From contig CAWBOC010000006.1 of NCBI GenBank assembly GCA_963790305.1, forward strand, positions 96,001-160,000: DNA of 64,000 nt, written 5' to 3'. The translations under genes and the position numbers were made by a program. The notes beneath the pieces are model-generated. The model did no database searches, had not been told where the DNA came from, and worked only from the letters and a program-made list of their open reading frames with translations. Numbering within the stretch: position 1 is the first letter of the stretch; each line of letters begins with the position of its first letter. This document shows positions 1 to 10,688 of this stretch, piece after piece. This stretch comes from an uncultured Gemmatimonadaceae bacterium (GTDB lineage Bacteria; Gemmatimonadota; Gemmatimonadetes; Gemmatimonadales; Gemmatimonadaceae).

Positions 1-1
1 G

Positions 2-247
2 ATCCTCGAGGCACCCACCACCGGCTATCAGGACACGGCCGCCGTCGCGGTGAGCGTTGGCGAGACCATCATCGTCCGTGCGCGGAATATCTGCCTGGGA
101 GGGTTCCCCGGCCGCGACTTCTTCCACGCGAAGGTTCAGCTGCTCGAGCTTGGGATGTCCAGCGGCTTTCGCACCGCGCGCTTCCGCATCCGCACCAATC
201 CGAATTGCGGGTTCCGCTCCTTCGCTGACGGCCTGCCGGAGTTCTGA
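2..247 (+). CDS. 3' part of hypothetical protein (5' truncated by window)
   Basis: Frame open from base 2 (ILEAPTTGYQDTAAVAVSVGETIIV...NPNCGFRSFADGLPEF*), stop 2 nt before serS. Confidence 0.6.
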   Translation: MLEAPTTGYQDTAAVAVSVGETIIVRARNICLGGFPGRDFFHAKVQLLELGMSSGFRTARFRIRTNPNCGFRSFADGLPEF

Positions 248-249
248 TC

Positions 250-1524
250 GTGCACGACCTCCGGGCGCTGCGCGAAGATGCCGACGCCATTCGTGGGGGC
301 CTCGAGCGGCGTGGAAAACTCGACGCTCTGGGACCGCTCGTCGACCGTGCCCTCGCCCTCGACCTCGAGCGGCGTGCGCTCATTCAGGCGACGGAGGAGC
401 GGAAGGCCGCGCGCAACGCCGCCAGCCAGGAGGTGGCCCGCCGCAAGAAGGCCCGCGAGACCGCGGACGACCTCATCGAGCAGACTCGCGCATTGGGCTT
501 GGAGATCGCCCGGCTCGAGGGCGAGCTCGCCGAGATCGAGGGCAAGCTCGAGCAGATCATGTACGAGCTGCCGAACGTCCCGTTGCCGGATGTGCCGCCC
601 GGTGGTGAAGGCGACGGCCGCGTACTGCGATCGTGGGGAACACCCCGCGAGGACGACGGGTTGCGGATGCATTGGGACATCGGCGCCGCCCTTGGCATTC
701 TCGATCTCGCCCGTGGCAGCAAGATCGCCGGGTCCGGGTTCATCGTCTTTCGCGGGAACGGCGCACGGCTGACGCGCGCGCTCATCTCTTTCATGATCGA
801 CGTGCATGCGCGCGAACACGGGTACGAGGAAGTGTGGGTCCCCTTTCTCGTCAACCGCGCGACCGCGACGACCACGGGACAGCTGCCGAAGTTCGAGGAC
901 GACATGTACGTCGTCACCGACAATGACCTGTTCCTCGTGCCCACCGCGGAAGTGCCGGTCACGAGCCTCCATCGCGATGAGATCCTTGACGGGTCGGAGC
1001 TGCCCAGGGCGTACGTGTGCTACACGCCATGTTTTCGTCGTGAGGCCGGCGCACATGGCAAGGACACGCGCGGGCTTCTGCGGGTGCACCAGTTCGACAA
1101 GGTCGAGCTCGTGCGCCTGACGACTCCGGAGGACAATGCCACGCAGCACGAGCTGCTCACCGGGCATGCGGAAAAGATCCTCCAGCTCCTCGAGCTCCCG
1201 TACCGCGTCAAGGTGCTCGCCGCCGGCGACACCGGCTTCTCCAGCGCGAAGACCTACGACCTCGAGGTGTGGGCGCCCGGTGTGCGCACGTGGCTCGAGG
1301 TGTCGTCGTGCAGCACGTTCACCGATTTCCAGGCGCGTCGGGGCAGCATTCGCTTTCGGGGCGCGCGCGGAGAGAAGCCCCGGCTCGTGCACACCATCAA
1401 CGGATCGGGACTCGCGCTCCCGCGCACGATCGCCACGCTGCTCGAGCACCACCAGCGACCCGACGGCACGGTCACCGTTCCCGAAGCACTTCGTCCGTAT
1501 CTCGGCGTAGACGTTCTCGCCTGA
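250..1524 (+). CDS. serS: Serine--tRNA ligase
   Basis: PTAEVP, CFRREAG, RGLLRVHQFDKVE, EVSSCS, HTINGSGLA motifs. Confidence 0.97.
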   Translation: MHDLRALREDADAIRGGLERRGKLDALGPLVDRALALDLERRALIQATEERKAARNAASQEVARRKKARETADDLIEQTRALGLEIARLEGELAEIEGKLEQIMYELPNVPLPDVPPGGEGDGRVLRSWGTPREDDGLRMHWDIGAALGILDLARGSKIAGSGFIVFRGNGARLTRALISFMIDVHAREHGYEEVWVPFLVNRATATTTGQLPKFEDDMYVVTDNDLFLVPTAEVPVTSLHRDEILDGSELPRAYVCYTPCFRREAGAHGKDTRGLLRVHQFDKVELVRLTTPEDNATQHELLTGHAEKILQLLELPYRVKVLAAGDTGFSSAKTYDLEVWAPGVRTWLEVSSCSTFTDFQARRGSIRFRGARGEKPRLVHTINGSGLALPRTIATLLEHHQRPDGTVTVPEALRPYLGVDVLA

Positions 1525-1530
1525 CCGACA

Positions 1531-2679
1531 ATGCGTCGCGGCGCGCCGGTCGTTCTCCTCGGTCTCCTCCTCGCGCTGGTGCTCGGCTCGTTCATCGTGT
1601 ACTCCCAGCGTGTCGTCGTCGAGTTGCGTCGCGATGCATCGCTGTCGAGCCGGATGCACGCGCGGATCTTGAGCGCGCTCAACGATACCAACCCGGATGC
1701 CGCGAACGCAGCACTCCTCGATCTTGCGAGCGCCATTCGCGAGCTCGGCGTTCCGGTCATCGTCACCGATGTGCGCGGCCGGCCGACGTGGGCCATCAAT
1801 CTCCCGTTCGAGGCACCGGTGGATGATCCGCGCGTGGCCGCGCATCTCGTCGTGCTCGATCGCGAGAATCCGCCGCTCGTCGAGCCGACGATCGGCACGA
1901 TTCACTTCGGCGATTCGCGTCTCGTGAAGAGTCTGCGCTTCATTCCTGCGTTGCAGGCGCTGCTCGTGGCGTTCGTCTTCCTCGCCGGTGTCTACGTCCT
2001 GCGGACGCGTGGGCGAGCCGACCGCGAGCGCGTGTGGGCGGGCATGGCGCGCGAGTCCGCGCACCAACTCGCGACTCCGCTGTCGAGTCTCGCCGGCTGG
2101 ATCGAGCTCATCGCTGACCGCGCCGAGGCCGATCCCACGGCGGCGCGCGCGGTGGAGTACATGCGCGGCGACCTGGATCGCCTCGAGCGCGTGGCGCATC
2201 GCTTCGAGCGCATTGGGCGGCCCGCCAGGGAAGCACCCGTAGACGTTGGGGAGCTGGCGGAGCGCGTCGCCCATTACTTCCAGGCTCGCGTGCCGACGCT
2301 TGCACACACGGTGGAGGTCAAGCTTGTGCTGGGGCAGGGACCGTTGGTGGTGAAGGGCGACGCCGTCCTCCTGGAATGGGCGCTCGAGGCAGTCGCGAAG
2401 AACGCGATCGATGCGCTCGCCGGTCACGGCGGCACGCTCGAGATCTCCGCCGAGCGAACGGCGGATGATGAGGTCCGCATCCGCATCGCCGACGATGGAC
2501 CTGGAATTCCTCGTGAGCTTCGGACCCGTGTCTTCGAGCCTGGCTTCTCGACGAAAGAATCGGGGTGGGGGATCGGACTTTCGCTCGCGCGACGGATCGT
2601 GGAAGAAGCGCACAATGGCCGGCTCGAGCTCGCGCCATCGAGCCAGGGCGCAACGTTCGACGTTATACTTCACGGATGA
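1531..2679 (+). CDS. Membrane sensor histidine kinase
   Basis: Two TM segments, H-box AHQLATPLSSL, N-box KNAIDA, DDGPGI, FEPGFSTK, GWGIGLS. Confidence 0.92.
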   Translation: MRRGAPVVLLGLLLALVLGSFIVYSQRVVVELRRDASLSSRMHARILSALNDTNPDAANAALLDLASAIRELGVPVIVTDVRGRPTWAINLPFEAPVDDPRVAAHLVVLDRENPPLVEPTIGTIHFGDSRLVKSLRFIPALQALLVAFVFLAGVYVLRTRGRADRERVWAGMARESAHQLATPLSSLAGWIELIADRAEADPTAARAVEYMRGDLDRLERVAHRFERIGRPAREAPVDVGELAERVAHYFQARVPTLAHTVEVKLVLGQGPLVVKGDAVLLEWALEAVAKNAIDALAGHGGTLEISAERTADDEVRIRIADDGPGIPRELRTRVFEPGFSTKESGWGIGLSLARRIVEEAHNGRLELAPSSQGATFDVILHG

Positions 2680-4928
2680 CATTGGTCGTTCCCGCGCGCG
2701 ACACGCGCGTGTCCTTGAACACGGCCCAGCGCGAGGCCGTGGAGCATTTCGAAGGTCCCCTGTTGGTTCTCGCCGGCGCCGGATCGGGAAAAACCCGTGT
2801 CCTGACGGCGCGCATCGCCCGTCTCATCGAGCATCACGGCGTCGCGCCCGCCCACATCCTCGCCGTCACCTTTACCAACAAGGCCGCGGGGGAGATGCGC
2901 GCGCGTGTGGCGCACCTGCTGGGCGAGGAGCCGTCGGGTATGTGGATTGGGACCTTCCATTCCATTGGCGCCCGGATGCTCCGCCGTGAAGCGCGGCTGG
3001 TCGGTCGCACGCCGGCCTTCACGATCTACGATGAGGACGACTCTCTGGCCGTGGTTCGCCGGATCATGGATCGCCAGAAGATCTCGCCGAAGCAGTTCGC
3101 GCCCCGTGGGCTACGCGCCGCCATCTCCAATGCGAAGAACGCGCTGGTGATGCCCGCCGAGTACGAGCGCCTGGCGATGGACCCGCATGCCAGGGCCGCG
3201 GCGTCCGTCTACCACGAGCTCGAGGCGACGCTGCGCGAGTCGAACGCCGTGGACTTCGATGATCTCCTGCTCCTGCCGGTTCGTGTGCTTCGCGAGAATG
3301 CGGCACGACTCGCGGACTATCGGGAGCGATTTCAGTTCGTCCTCGTCGATGAGTACCAGGACACCAACCGCGCGCAGTACGAGTTCGTCACGCTCGTGAG
3401 TGGCGAGCACGGGAACGTGGCCGTCGTTGGCGACGACGACCAGTCGATCTATGGCTGGCGTGGCGCCGATATCCGAAACATTCTCGACTTCGAGAAGGAT
3501 TTCCCCAGCGCGCGCGTCGTGCGGCTGGAGGAGAACTACCGCTCGCTCCCGCCGATCCTCGATGTGGCGAATGTCGTCATTTCAGGGAATCTGGCGCGCC
3601 GCGGAAAGACGCTCCGGCCAACGCGCAGTGGGGGAGAGCGCGTGGCCGCCGTAGGAGCGCTCGACGAGCGCGATGAAGCGGAGTGGGTCGCCGAGGAGAT
3701 CGGGTCGCGGCTGTCGACCGAGCGCGATCTCACACGCCGCGACGTCGCCATTCTATATCGAACCAACGCCCAGAGCCGCGCGCTCGAGGAAGCGCTTCGA
3801 CGCCGCGCAATTCCGTACCGGATCATCGGGGCCGTCCGCTTCTACGACCGCCGCGAGATTCGCGACCTCATGTCGTATCTCAAGCTCATTGCGAATCCTG
3901 CCGACGATGAGGCCTTTGCGCGCGCGGTCGCCGTTCCTCGCCGAGGGTTGGGAGAGACCACCCTCGACTCCCTCGGTGGAATCGCCCGACGTGCTCGCAC
4001 GTCACGGCTCGAAGCGTCGCGCCGCGAGGAGCTGCTTGGGGAGCTCCGGCCCGGTGTCCGCCAGGCGCTGCGCGACTTCGCGGCGTTGATCGATCGATAT
4101 CGGGCTCGCGCGCAGGACGCGAGCGTCAATGAGCTGATTCGGGAGCTCATTGAGGAGATTCGTTATGCCGAGTACCTCCGTGCCGAGGGCCCGGAGGGCG
4201 CCGAGCGGCTGGAGAACGTGCAGGAGCTCGTCGATGGTGCCGCCGAGGTCGTGGCCGACGAGGGCGGGGAGCTCGGACTCACTCCGCTCGACCACTTCCT
4301 GCAGCGCGCCTCGCTCATCGCCGACGTCGATCGCAATGACCCGAACGCCGACGCCATTCCGATGATGACGCTGCATAACGCGAAGGGGCTCGAGTTTCCG
4401 GTCGTGTTCATCACCGGACTCGAGGAAGGGCTGTTCCCGCTGTCACGCGCCCACGACGAGCCCGCGATGCTCGAGGAAGAGCGTCGGCTCTTCTACGTCG
4501 GAATAACGCGAGCGGAGCGGAAGCTCTACCTCGTTCACGCCCGGAGCCGTCGCCGCAACGGCGAGATGCTGCCCTCGATCCCGTCCAGCTTTCTCGCCCC
4601 GATTCCGCGAGAAATGCTCGAGGAGCGCTCGACCATTCGCTTGCGAGCGACCGGCCGCTCCGTGCTTCTGACGACTCCCTCGGCGCGTCGGCCCGGTACG
4701 CCGGTTCGACGCGCGAGCGCCGACGACATCGATGTGGCCGCGTCGCAGCTTGCGCCCAGCTTCGTGAAGGGTGCCCGCGTTCGCCACCCACGATTTGGCA
4801 GCGGCACCATCGCGGAGCTGGGGGGCACGGGACGGGATACGAAGGTCACCATCGACTTCGACGACGAGACCATCGGACGGAAACGGCTCGTCGTCGCCTA
4901 CGCTGGCCTCGAGCGGGAGGACGACTGA
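2676..4928 (+). CDS. pcrA: ATP-dependent DNA helicase PcrA/UvrD
   Basis: AGAGSGKT, TFTNKAA, VDEYQDTN, GDDDQSIYGWRGA, EEERRLFYV; ATG 2676 overlaps the kinase stop (ATGA). Confidence 0.93.
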   Translation: MTLVVPARDTRVSLNTAQREAVEHFEGPLLVLAGAGSGKTRVLTARIARLIEHHGVAPAHILAVTFTNKAAGEMRARVAHLLGEEPSGMWIGTFHSIGARMLRREARLVGRTPAFTIYDEDDSLAVVRRIMDRQKISPKQFAPRGLRAAISNAKNALVMPAEYERLAMDPHARAAASVYHELEATLRESNAVDFDDLLLLPVRVLRENAARLADYRERFQFVLVDEYQDTNRAQYEFVTLVSGEHGNVAVVGDDDQSIYGWRGADIRNILDFEKDFPSARVVRLEENYRSLPPILDVANVVISGNLARRGKTLRPTRSGGERVAAVGALDERDEAEWVAEEIGSRLSTERDLTRRDVAILYRTNAQSRALEEALRRRAIPYRIIGAVRFYDRREIRDLMSYLKLIANPADDEAFARAVAVPRRGLGETTLDSLGGIARRARTSRLEASRREELLGELRPGVRQALRDFAALIDRYRARAQDASVNELIRELIEEIRYAEYLRAEGPEGAERLENVQELVDGAAEVVADEGGELGLTPLDHFLQRASLIADVDRNDPNADAIPMMTLHNAKGLEFPVVFITGLEEGLFPLSRAHDEPAMLEEERRLFYVGITRAERKLYLVHARSRRRNGEMLPSIPSSFLAPIPREMLEERSTIRLRATGRSVLLTTPSARRPGTPVRRASADDIDVAASQLAPSFVKGARVRHPRFGSGTIAELGGTGRDTKVTIDFDDETIGRKRLVVAYAGLEREDD

Positions 4929-5242
4929 TGGCGGTCACGCGTGAAGACGTGTTGCATGTGGCCTCGCTGGCCAGGCTCGCGCTCGACGAGCAATCCGTTC
5001 CCCGACTCGTGAGTGAGCTCAACGGAATTCTCGAGCACATGGACGTGCTTCGGAAGGTGGACACCAAGGGCGTAATCGGCGCCGAAGGCGTCGGCGATGC
5101 GGGGATGCCGCTGCGCGCGGACGGCGGCCCGCCCTATCCACTTGCGCATGCGCGCGAGCAGTTTGCTCCGGAGATGCGCGATGCCTTTTTCCTCGTGCCC
5201 CGGCTGTCGACACACGAGGACGCCATCGAGTCCGTGGAATGA
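4928..5242 (+). CDS. gatC: Asp/Glu-tRNA amidotransferase subunit C
   Basis: V.HVASLARL...FLVPR pattern, upstream of gatA. Confidence 0.92.
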   Translation: MAVTREDVLHVASLARLALDEQSVPRLVSELNGILEHMDVLRKVDTKGVIGAEGVGDAGMPLRADGGPPYPLAHAREQFAPEMRDAFFLVPRLSTHEDAIESVE

Positions 5243-6669
5243 TCGGGCCCCGAGACCCGCGGGATGCCTCGCTCTCGGCGATCGACGCCGTCGCCGACGC
5301 ATTCGATCGCATGAAGGCGGTCAAGGCCGGACCCGAAGGCTTGAACCTCATCCTGTGGACCGATCGTCCGCGCGCGGCTGAAGCGGCGAGGGTCTGTCAG
5401 CGCGACGTCGATGCCGGGCGAGAGGGCGGCCTCCTCGCCGGCATTCCGTACGTCGCCAAGGACAACATTGCGACCACCGAGCTGCGAACCACCTGCGGCT
5501 CGCGCATGCTCGAGAACTACGTGAGCGCGTTCGAGGCGACCGTCATCACGCGGCTGCGCAACGCCGGGGCGATCCTCATCGGCAAGTCGAACTGTGACGA
5601 GTTCGCGATGGGATCCTCCACCGAGTACAGCGCATTCGGTCCCGCGCGCAATCCGATCGATCCCGGTCGCGTGCCCGGCGGCTCGTCAGGCGGATCGGCC
5701 GGCGCCGTCGCCGCCGACATCGTGCGCTTTGCGCTCGGATCCGAGACCGGAGGGTCGGTGCGTCAGCCAGCCGCCTTCTGCGGAGTCGTCGGCGTCAAGC
5801 CCACGTATGGGCGCGTCAGCCGAAACGGGCTCGTGGCGTTCGCCTCATCGCTCGACCAGGTGGGCGTCTTCGGCAAAACGGTCCAGGATGCAGCGACGGT
5901 GATGGAGGTGATCGCCGGGCACGATCCTCTCGATGCGACCAGTACCGACGATCCGGTCCCGCGGTACCGCGACGGCGACGAGCGCGGGATCAAAGGGATG
6001 GTGATTGGACGCCCCAAGGAGTATTTCCCGGCGTCGCTCGATCCCCGCATCGCGGCGCTCTGCGATCGCGCACTCGAGCGGATGCGCGCACATGGCGCGA
6101 CCATCAAGGAGATCTCGCTTCCCTCGACGGACCTCGCGATCCCCGTGTACTACATCATCGCGCCGGCCGAAGCGTCGTCGAATCTCGCGCGCTTCGACGG
6201 AGCGCGGTACGGACTGCGGGTCCGCGACGGCACTCTGCGAGACATGTACGAGCGAACCCGGTCTGCCGGGTTCGGCCCGGAGGTCACGCGCCGCATCCTG
6301 CTCGGCACGTACGTGCTGAGCGCAGGCTACTATGACGCGTATTACAAGAAGGCGCAGGAGGTGCGCACACTCATCGCCGAGGAGTTCCGCCGCACGTTCG
6401 CCGCGGGCGTGGATCTGATCTTCACGCCAACGACGCCGAGCGTGGCATTCGCGCACGGCGCGAAGTCGGATCCTTACGAGATGTATCTCAACGACATCTT
6501 CACCGTGACGGCGAATCTCGCCGGGATTCCCGGCGTATCCGTTCCGATTGGGCGGCTCGATGGCCTGCCGGTGGGCGGTCAGTTCCTCGCCGCCCATTTC
6601 GATGAGATGGGGATGTTCCGCGGCGCGTACGCCCTGGAGCGTGCGTTGGGCGCGGAGGCGCATCGATGA
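5239..6669 (+). CDS. gatA: Asp/Glu-tRNA amidotransferase subunit A
   Basis: Amidase signature [37 protein letters not shown]. Confidence 0.96.
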   Translation: MIGPRDPRDASLSAIDAVADAFDRMKAVKAGPEGLNLILWTDRPRAAEAARVCQRDVDAGREGGLLAGIPYVAKDNIATTELRTTCGSRMLENYVSAFEATVITRLRNAGAILIGKSNCDEFAMGSSTEYSAFGPARNPIDPGRVPGGSSGGSAGAVAADIVRFALGSETGGSVRQPAAFCGVVGVKPTYGRVSRNGLVAFASSLDQVGVFGKTVQDAATVMEVIAGHDPLDATSTDDPVPRYRDGDERGIKGMVIGRPKEYFPASLDPRIAALCDRALERMRAHGATIKEISLPSTDLAIPVYYIIAPAEASSNLARFDGARYGLRVRDGTLRDMYERTRSAGFGPEVTRRILLGTYVLSAGYYDAYYKKAQEVRTLIAEEFRRTFAAGVDLIFTPTTPSVAFAHGAKSDPYEMYLNDIFTVTANLAGIPGVSVPIGRLDGLPVGGQFLAAHFDEMGMFRGAYALERALGAEAHR

Positions 6670-8114
6670 GCCTGGACAGCTACGAGATGGTGGTCGGCCT
6701 CGAGGTGCACGTGCAACTGAAGACGCGCACCAAGGCGTTCTGCGCCTGCTCGACGATGTACGGCGCCCCGCCGAACGTGAACACCTGTCCCGTATGCCTC
6801 GCCCTTCCGGGAACGCTCCCGGTGCTCAACGCGGAGGCGGTGCGGCTGGCGGTGCGTGCTGCGCACGCGCTCGGATGCACGGTGAACCCGCTCTCGGTAT
6901 TCGCGCGGAAGAACTATTTCTATCCCGATCTTCCGAAGGGATATCAGATCTCCCAGTACGATCGGCCACTGGCGGCCAATGGGATCCCTTCGCATCGGCG
7001 ACAACGCCGATGGGCACGCCGATTACGATCGGGATCACGCGCCTGCATCTCGAGGAGGATGCGGGGAAGTCGATTCACGATCGGTATCCGTCGGCGACGG
7101 CCATCGATCTCAACCGGTCCGGCGTACCACTGGCGGAGATCGTCAGCGAGCCCGACATGCGATCGGCGCAGGAGGCCGGCGCGTACCTGCGCGCGCTCAA
7201 GCAGATTCTCGAGTTCACCGACGTCAGCGACGTCAACATGGAGGAGGGAAGTCTCCGCGTCGACGCGAACGTCTCCGCGCGACGACGTGGCGAGACGAAG
7301 CTCGGCACCAAAGACGGAGGTCAAGAACATGAACTCGTTCTCCGGGGTCGAGCGCGCCGTCGAAGCGGAGTTCGCCCGTCAAGTGGGCGTTCTCCAGAGC
7401 GGCGGTCGCGTGGAGCAGCAGACCATGCTTTGGGATGGCGTGCGCGGTGTCGTGCGCCCCGCGCGGTCGAAGGAAGCAAGTCACGATTATCGGTATTTTC
7501 CGGAGCCCGACCTGCCACCGCTCGTGCTGTCGCGGGAATGGATCGAGGAACAACGTCGCTCGCTGCCCGAGCTTCCAGCGGCGCGCCGCACGCGATTCGA
7601 GACAGAGTACGCACTGTCACCGCGTGAGGTGGAGGTTCTCACATCGTCCGTCACGCTCGCCGACTACTACGAGCAGGCCGCTCGCGCACACGGCCACCCC
7701 AAGACGGCGGCGAACTGGGTCATGGGCGAGGTGCTGGCGGCGGTGAACGCGGCGGGCATGAGCCTCCGTGAATTCCCGGTCCGCCCATCCGACCTTGCCC
7801 AACTCCTGAATCTCGTGCGCGATGGCAAGGTGAGCCACACCGCTGCCAAGCGAATCTTCGGAGAGATGCGCCGCTCCGGTGAGCCGCCAGCGCAGATCGC
7901 CGAGCGTGAGGGACTGCTTCAGGAGGGTGGCGACGACGCGATCGGCGTGTGGGTCGATGAGGTGTTGGCCGAGCACCCCGAGGAGAGCCGTCGCTTCCTC
8001 GCCGGCGAGCGGAAGCTGCTCGGTGTCCTCGTCGGCGCCGTGATGAAGAAATCGAAGGGGCGCGCCGACCCCAAGCGCGTGAATCAGCTATTGTCGTCGC
8101 GCGCTGGCGGATAG
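6666..8114 (+). CDS. gatB: Asp/Glu-tRNA amidotransferase subunit B (three +1 insertions near 6981, 7012, 7310 garble the middle; probable sequencing errors)
   Basis: [34 protein letters not shown] and [12 protein letters not shown] in a shifted frame; [10 protein letters not shown]. Confidence 0.93.
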   Translation: MSLDSYEMVVGLEVHVQLKTRTKAFCACSTMYGAPPNVNTCPVCLALPGTLPVLNAEAVRLAVRAAHALGCTVNPLSVFARKNYFYPDLPKGYQISQYDRPLAANGIPSHRRQRRWARRLRSGSRACISRRMRGSRFTIGIRRRRPSISTGPAYHWRRSSASPTCDRRRRPARTCARSSRFSSSPTSATSTWRREVSASTRTSPRDDVARRSSAPKTEVKNMNSFSGVERAVEAEFARQVGVLQSGGRVEQQTMLWDGVRGVVRPARSKEASHDYRYFPEPDLPPLVLSREWIEEQRRSLPELPAARRTRFETEYALSPREVEVLTSSVTLADYYEQAARAHGHPKTAANWVMGEVLAAVNAAGMSLREFPVRPSDLAQLLNLVRDGKVSHTAAKRIFGEMRRSGEPPAQIAEREGLLQEGGDDAIGVWVDEVLAEHPEESRRFLAGERKLLGVLVGAVMKKSKGRADPKRVNQLLSSRAGG

Positions 8115-9007
8115 AGCGGCTCGTCCAGCAGCGACGCGATCGCGAGCTGTGTGTCGGGCATTCCGAAGTAGCGCAGCGCTTCCTCGTTCACGCGAATGTC
8201 CGATCCGCTGCGCCGCGCATCCCGACGCACACGCTTCGCCATGCGAAGCGGCTCCTCGCCCGCCGGGTCGAGCGCGAAGGCCTCGGCCGCGTGGAAGCGA
8301 CGGAGCAGGTCCATGATGTAGTCGAAGGAGCGCACGAGGTAGCGCCCCACATCGGGATCGGCGAGATCCCACCGGCTCCGCTCCGAGGCGAGCTGAAAGA
8401 TCCGCTGCCACGACTCGGTGTCCGTCACGTACACCATGCCGCGAAAGATCCGCCGGTTCGTCGAGGTGCTGAAGATCGTCGGGCTCAGAATGCGGTCGAG
8501 ATGCTCGTCCGATCGCGCGTGGTCGAGCAGAATCACCTCGCGGGCCCGCCGGCTGAAGCGCTCCCCGAGATGGGTCTCGAAGCGGCTTTCCCAATAGCTG
8601 TGGCCGAGGGCGCTCGAGCTCGAGGTGATGGCGAGATAGCGCGGGACGAAGTAGTTGTGCGCGACGGTGTCGGCGGCGAGATGCGCGAGGTAGCCTAACG
8701 CAAAGGCGCGGAGCGGCTCGTCGCGTGCCCGCTCATGAATTTCGAATCCGACGTTCCAGGAATGACAGTGCCGTCCGGCGGGCGCGTATTTCTTGGCGAT
8801 GCTGGTATCGGCGGCGATCGAGCCGTACAGGAAATCGTACGGGAAGGCCGCCAGCAGCTCGGCAACGCCGCCCGGCAGGTGAGCGAGTGCGCGCAAGACC
8901 GCCTCGCCCAGGAAAATGTGCGTTCCCGGCGTCCATGCCCACGCTTCGGATGGAAACGCGGCGACCGCGAGAATGCCTAACGCGGCCGCCGCCCATGGTC
9001 GCCACAC
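8084..9007 (-). CDS. Zinc-dependent phospholipase C family protein
   Basis: Signal peptide then [40 protein letters not shown]. Confidence 0.8.
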   Translation of the reverse strand: MWRPWAAAALGILAVAAFPSEAWAWTPGTHIFLGEAVLRALAHLPGGVAELLAAFPYDFLYGSIAADTSIAKKYAPAGRHCHSWNVGFEIHERARDEPLRAFALGYLAHLAADTVAHNYFVPRYLAITSSSSALGHSYWESRFETHLGERFSRRAREVILLDHARSDEHLDRILSPTIFSTSTNRRIFRGMVYVTDTESWQRIFQLASERSRWDLADPDVGRYLVRSFDYIMDLLRRFHAAEAFALDPAGEEPLRMAKRVRRDARRSGSDIRVNEEALRYFGMPDTQLAIASLLDEPLYPPARDDNS

Positions 9008-9013
9008 GAGCCG

Positions 9014-9463
9014 TTACAGGCCCAGCTTGCGCCGCCGCCGCCGAATCGCCTTGCGGAGATCGCTCACCTCGTGCGACACCGCGTCATCGATCGCCTCCCG
9101 CGCCGACTCGAGATACCCGCCGACCCGATCAGCGATCTCATCCCGCGGAATCCGGTCCCACAGCTCCTCGCCCCGGTCGCCCAGCCAGCGCGCGCCCTTT
9201 GCACTGGCGACGCCGGCCGTGCGCAGCCCGCGTCCGGTCATCTTCATGATCGGACCGACCGGCCGGTATCCCTTTGGACCGCGTCGGAAGAGCATCGTCA
9301 TCCCGGCGCCCACGAGGGCGCCGAGGAGGGCCGCCGTCAGGAGATCATATTCGTCCCGCGAGATCTCATCTTCTTTGGCGCGGGCGGATGCGCGGCGCCG
9401 CGCGGTAGAGTTCCCCGGGCGCGTCGTCGTCGTCGAATTCGTCGTTCGTGCCGTCGTCCCCAT
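9014..9463 (-). CDS. YtxH-like small membrane protein (start uncertain)
   Basis: LLTAALLGALVGAGMTMLF TM segment followed by helical basic region; downstream of DUF948-like gene. Confidence 0.55.
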   Translation of the reverse strand: MGTTARTTNSTTTTRPGNSTARRRASARAKEDEISRDEYDLLTAALLGALVGAGMTMLFRRGPKGYRPVGPIMKMTGRGLRTAGVASAKGARWLGDRGEELWDRIPRDEIADRVGGYLESAREAIDDAVSHEVSDLRKAIRRRRRKLGL

Positions 9464-10037
9464 CGAGTTCCTCCTCGAGCGGCTCGTCATCCATCATGTC
9501 CGCCTCGGGCAGCGCGTGTCCTTCGAGCGTCTGCCGGCGGAAAGTTGCTGCACCTTCGCGTACCCCTCGCACTGTGGACGCAGTGGACACGAAGGTGTCC
9601 TCCGCCTCCTGCTGCACGACCTGGATCAGCGCGTTGAACTCGTTCAGCCGCTGCTCGGCGAGCGCGACGGCGTGATTCAGCCGCTGATTCGCGCCCGCGA
9701 TCGTCTGATTCACCTGCTGCACATCGACCCGAATGGACGTCGTGATGTAATCGACGTTGTCCGCGATCGTGCTCAGGTGCCGCACGATCGGGTTGATGTC
9801 GCCGTACACCCGGTCCAGTAGCGCGCTGACCTTCTTGTGGCTCTTCCGAAAATTCCAGGCGGCCGGCACGAGCGCGACGGTCAACGCGAGCAGCGCCAGC
9901 GTCATGATTCCGCTCGCCGCGCCCGTCACCGTCTCGAACCACCCCCGTTCGGACGACACCATTCGAACGACCGGCGTGTCGACCGCCGCCTGTCCAAGCT
10001 GGAGCAGCCACGCGCTGTGCGCGATCCACAGACTCAT
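9366..10037 (-). CDS. DUF948/YtxG-like membrane coiled-coil protein
   Basis: One TM helix then heptad coiled coil ([22 protein letters not shown]), acidic tail. Confidence 0.6.
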   Translation of the reverse strand: MSLWIAHSAWLLQLGQAAVDTPVVRMVSSERGWFETVTGAASGIMTLALLALTVALVPAAWNFRKSHKKVSALLDRVYGDINPIVRHLSTIADNVDYITTSIRVDVQQVNQTIAGANQRLNHAVALAEQRLNEFNALIQVVQQEAEDTFVSTASTVRGVREGAATFRRQTLEGHALPEADMMDDEPLEEELDGDDGTNDEFDDDDAPGELYRAAPRIRPRQRR

Positions 10038-10130
10038 GCGATCCCCAATGGGAAAGACGGCCGTCTCCGGGCCGCGAGTGCGCCCCACGTGAGTGCAAAC
10101 GCGGGGCCACCGTCCATGTCCCGAATGGCG

Positions 10131-10472
10131 CTACCCCTCGAGCTCCGGGGCCAATCCGACCACCTGGGTCACCGGGATCGTGAAGACGATCCCCGCACCC
10201 GGGGAATCGAGGTCGCCGCAGACATCCTGAATCAGCGCGATGGCCGCGTCGACGAGCGAATCATCGATCACGCTGAACACCGTTTGATTCGTGGGACGGG
10301 ACCGCTGCGACAGCGAACGGACGCCGGCGAAGATCGGGACATCATGACTCAGCACGTGGCCCATCCCTTCACTCCCCAGGACGGTCGCCCCCGTGATGCC
10401 AAGCTCCACGAAGCCGGCCAGCACGTCGTCGACCTTCTCTTCGTGATTGATGACGGCGACGAGCAGCTGCAT
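10131..10472 (-). CDS. P-II-like protein (non-canonical)
   Basis: [33 protein letters not shown]; 113 aa. Confidence 0.8.
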   Translation of the reverse strand: MQLLVAVINHEEKVDDVLAGFVELGITGATVLGSEGMGHVLSHDVPIFAGVRSLSQRSRPTNQTVFSVIDDSLVDAAIALIQDVCGDLDSPGAGIVFTIPVTQVVGLAPELEG

Positions 10473-10511
10473 TCGTCCAGAGAAGGGCAGTGGTCAGGGG
10501 TGGGGCAAGGG

Positions 10512-10553
10512 CAACACCCGAAGACGTCTGACCTCGGACGTCTTCGGGTGTTG
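10512..10553. repeat. 17-bp perfect inverted repeat
   Basis: CAACACCCGAAGACGTC-8nt-GACGTCTTCGGGTGTTG. Confidence 0.85.
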
Positions 10554-10585
10554 AACACACGCGGCCGAATCGCCCGATGCGCGCC

Positions 10586-10614
10586 ATCGTACCGGTCATC
10601 CATCACGATGTCAA
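10586..10614 (-). promoter_or_regulatory. sigma70-type promoter for the P-II-like operon
   Basis: Minus strand TTGACA-17nt-TACGAT. Confidence 0.6.
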
Positions 10615-10688
10615 GCAAGGCATTGACTTGCGCGCTCGACGATCGTCATCCTTCGCGCCGATTCAACGCTTCACCACGAGAGTACGCG

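Noticed and set aside
136..2682. Long antisense ORFs (848 aa here; also 57290-59095, 26009-27433 and others)
   Set aside because: Shadow frames of high-GC coding genes with no recognisable motifs
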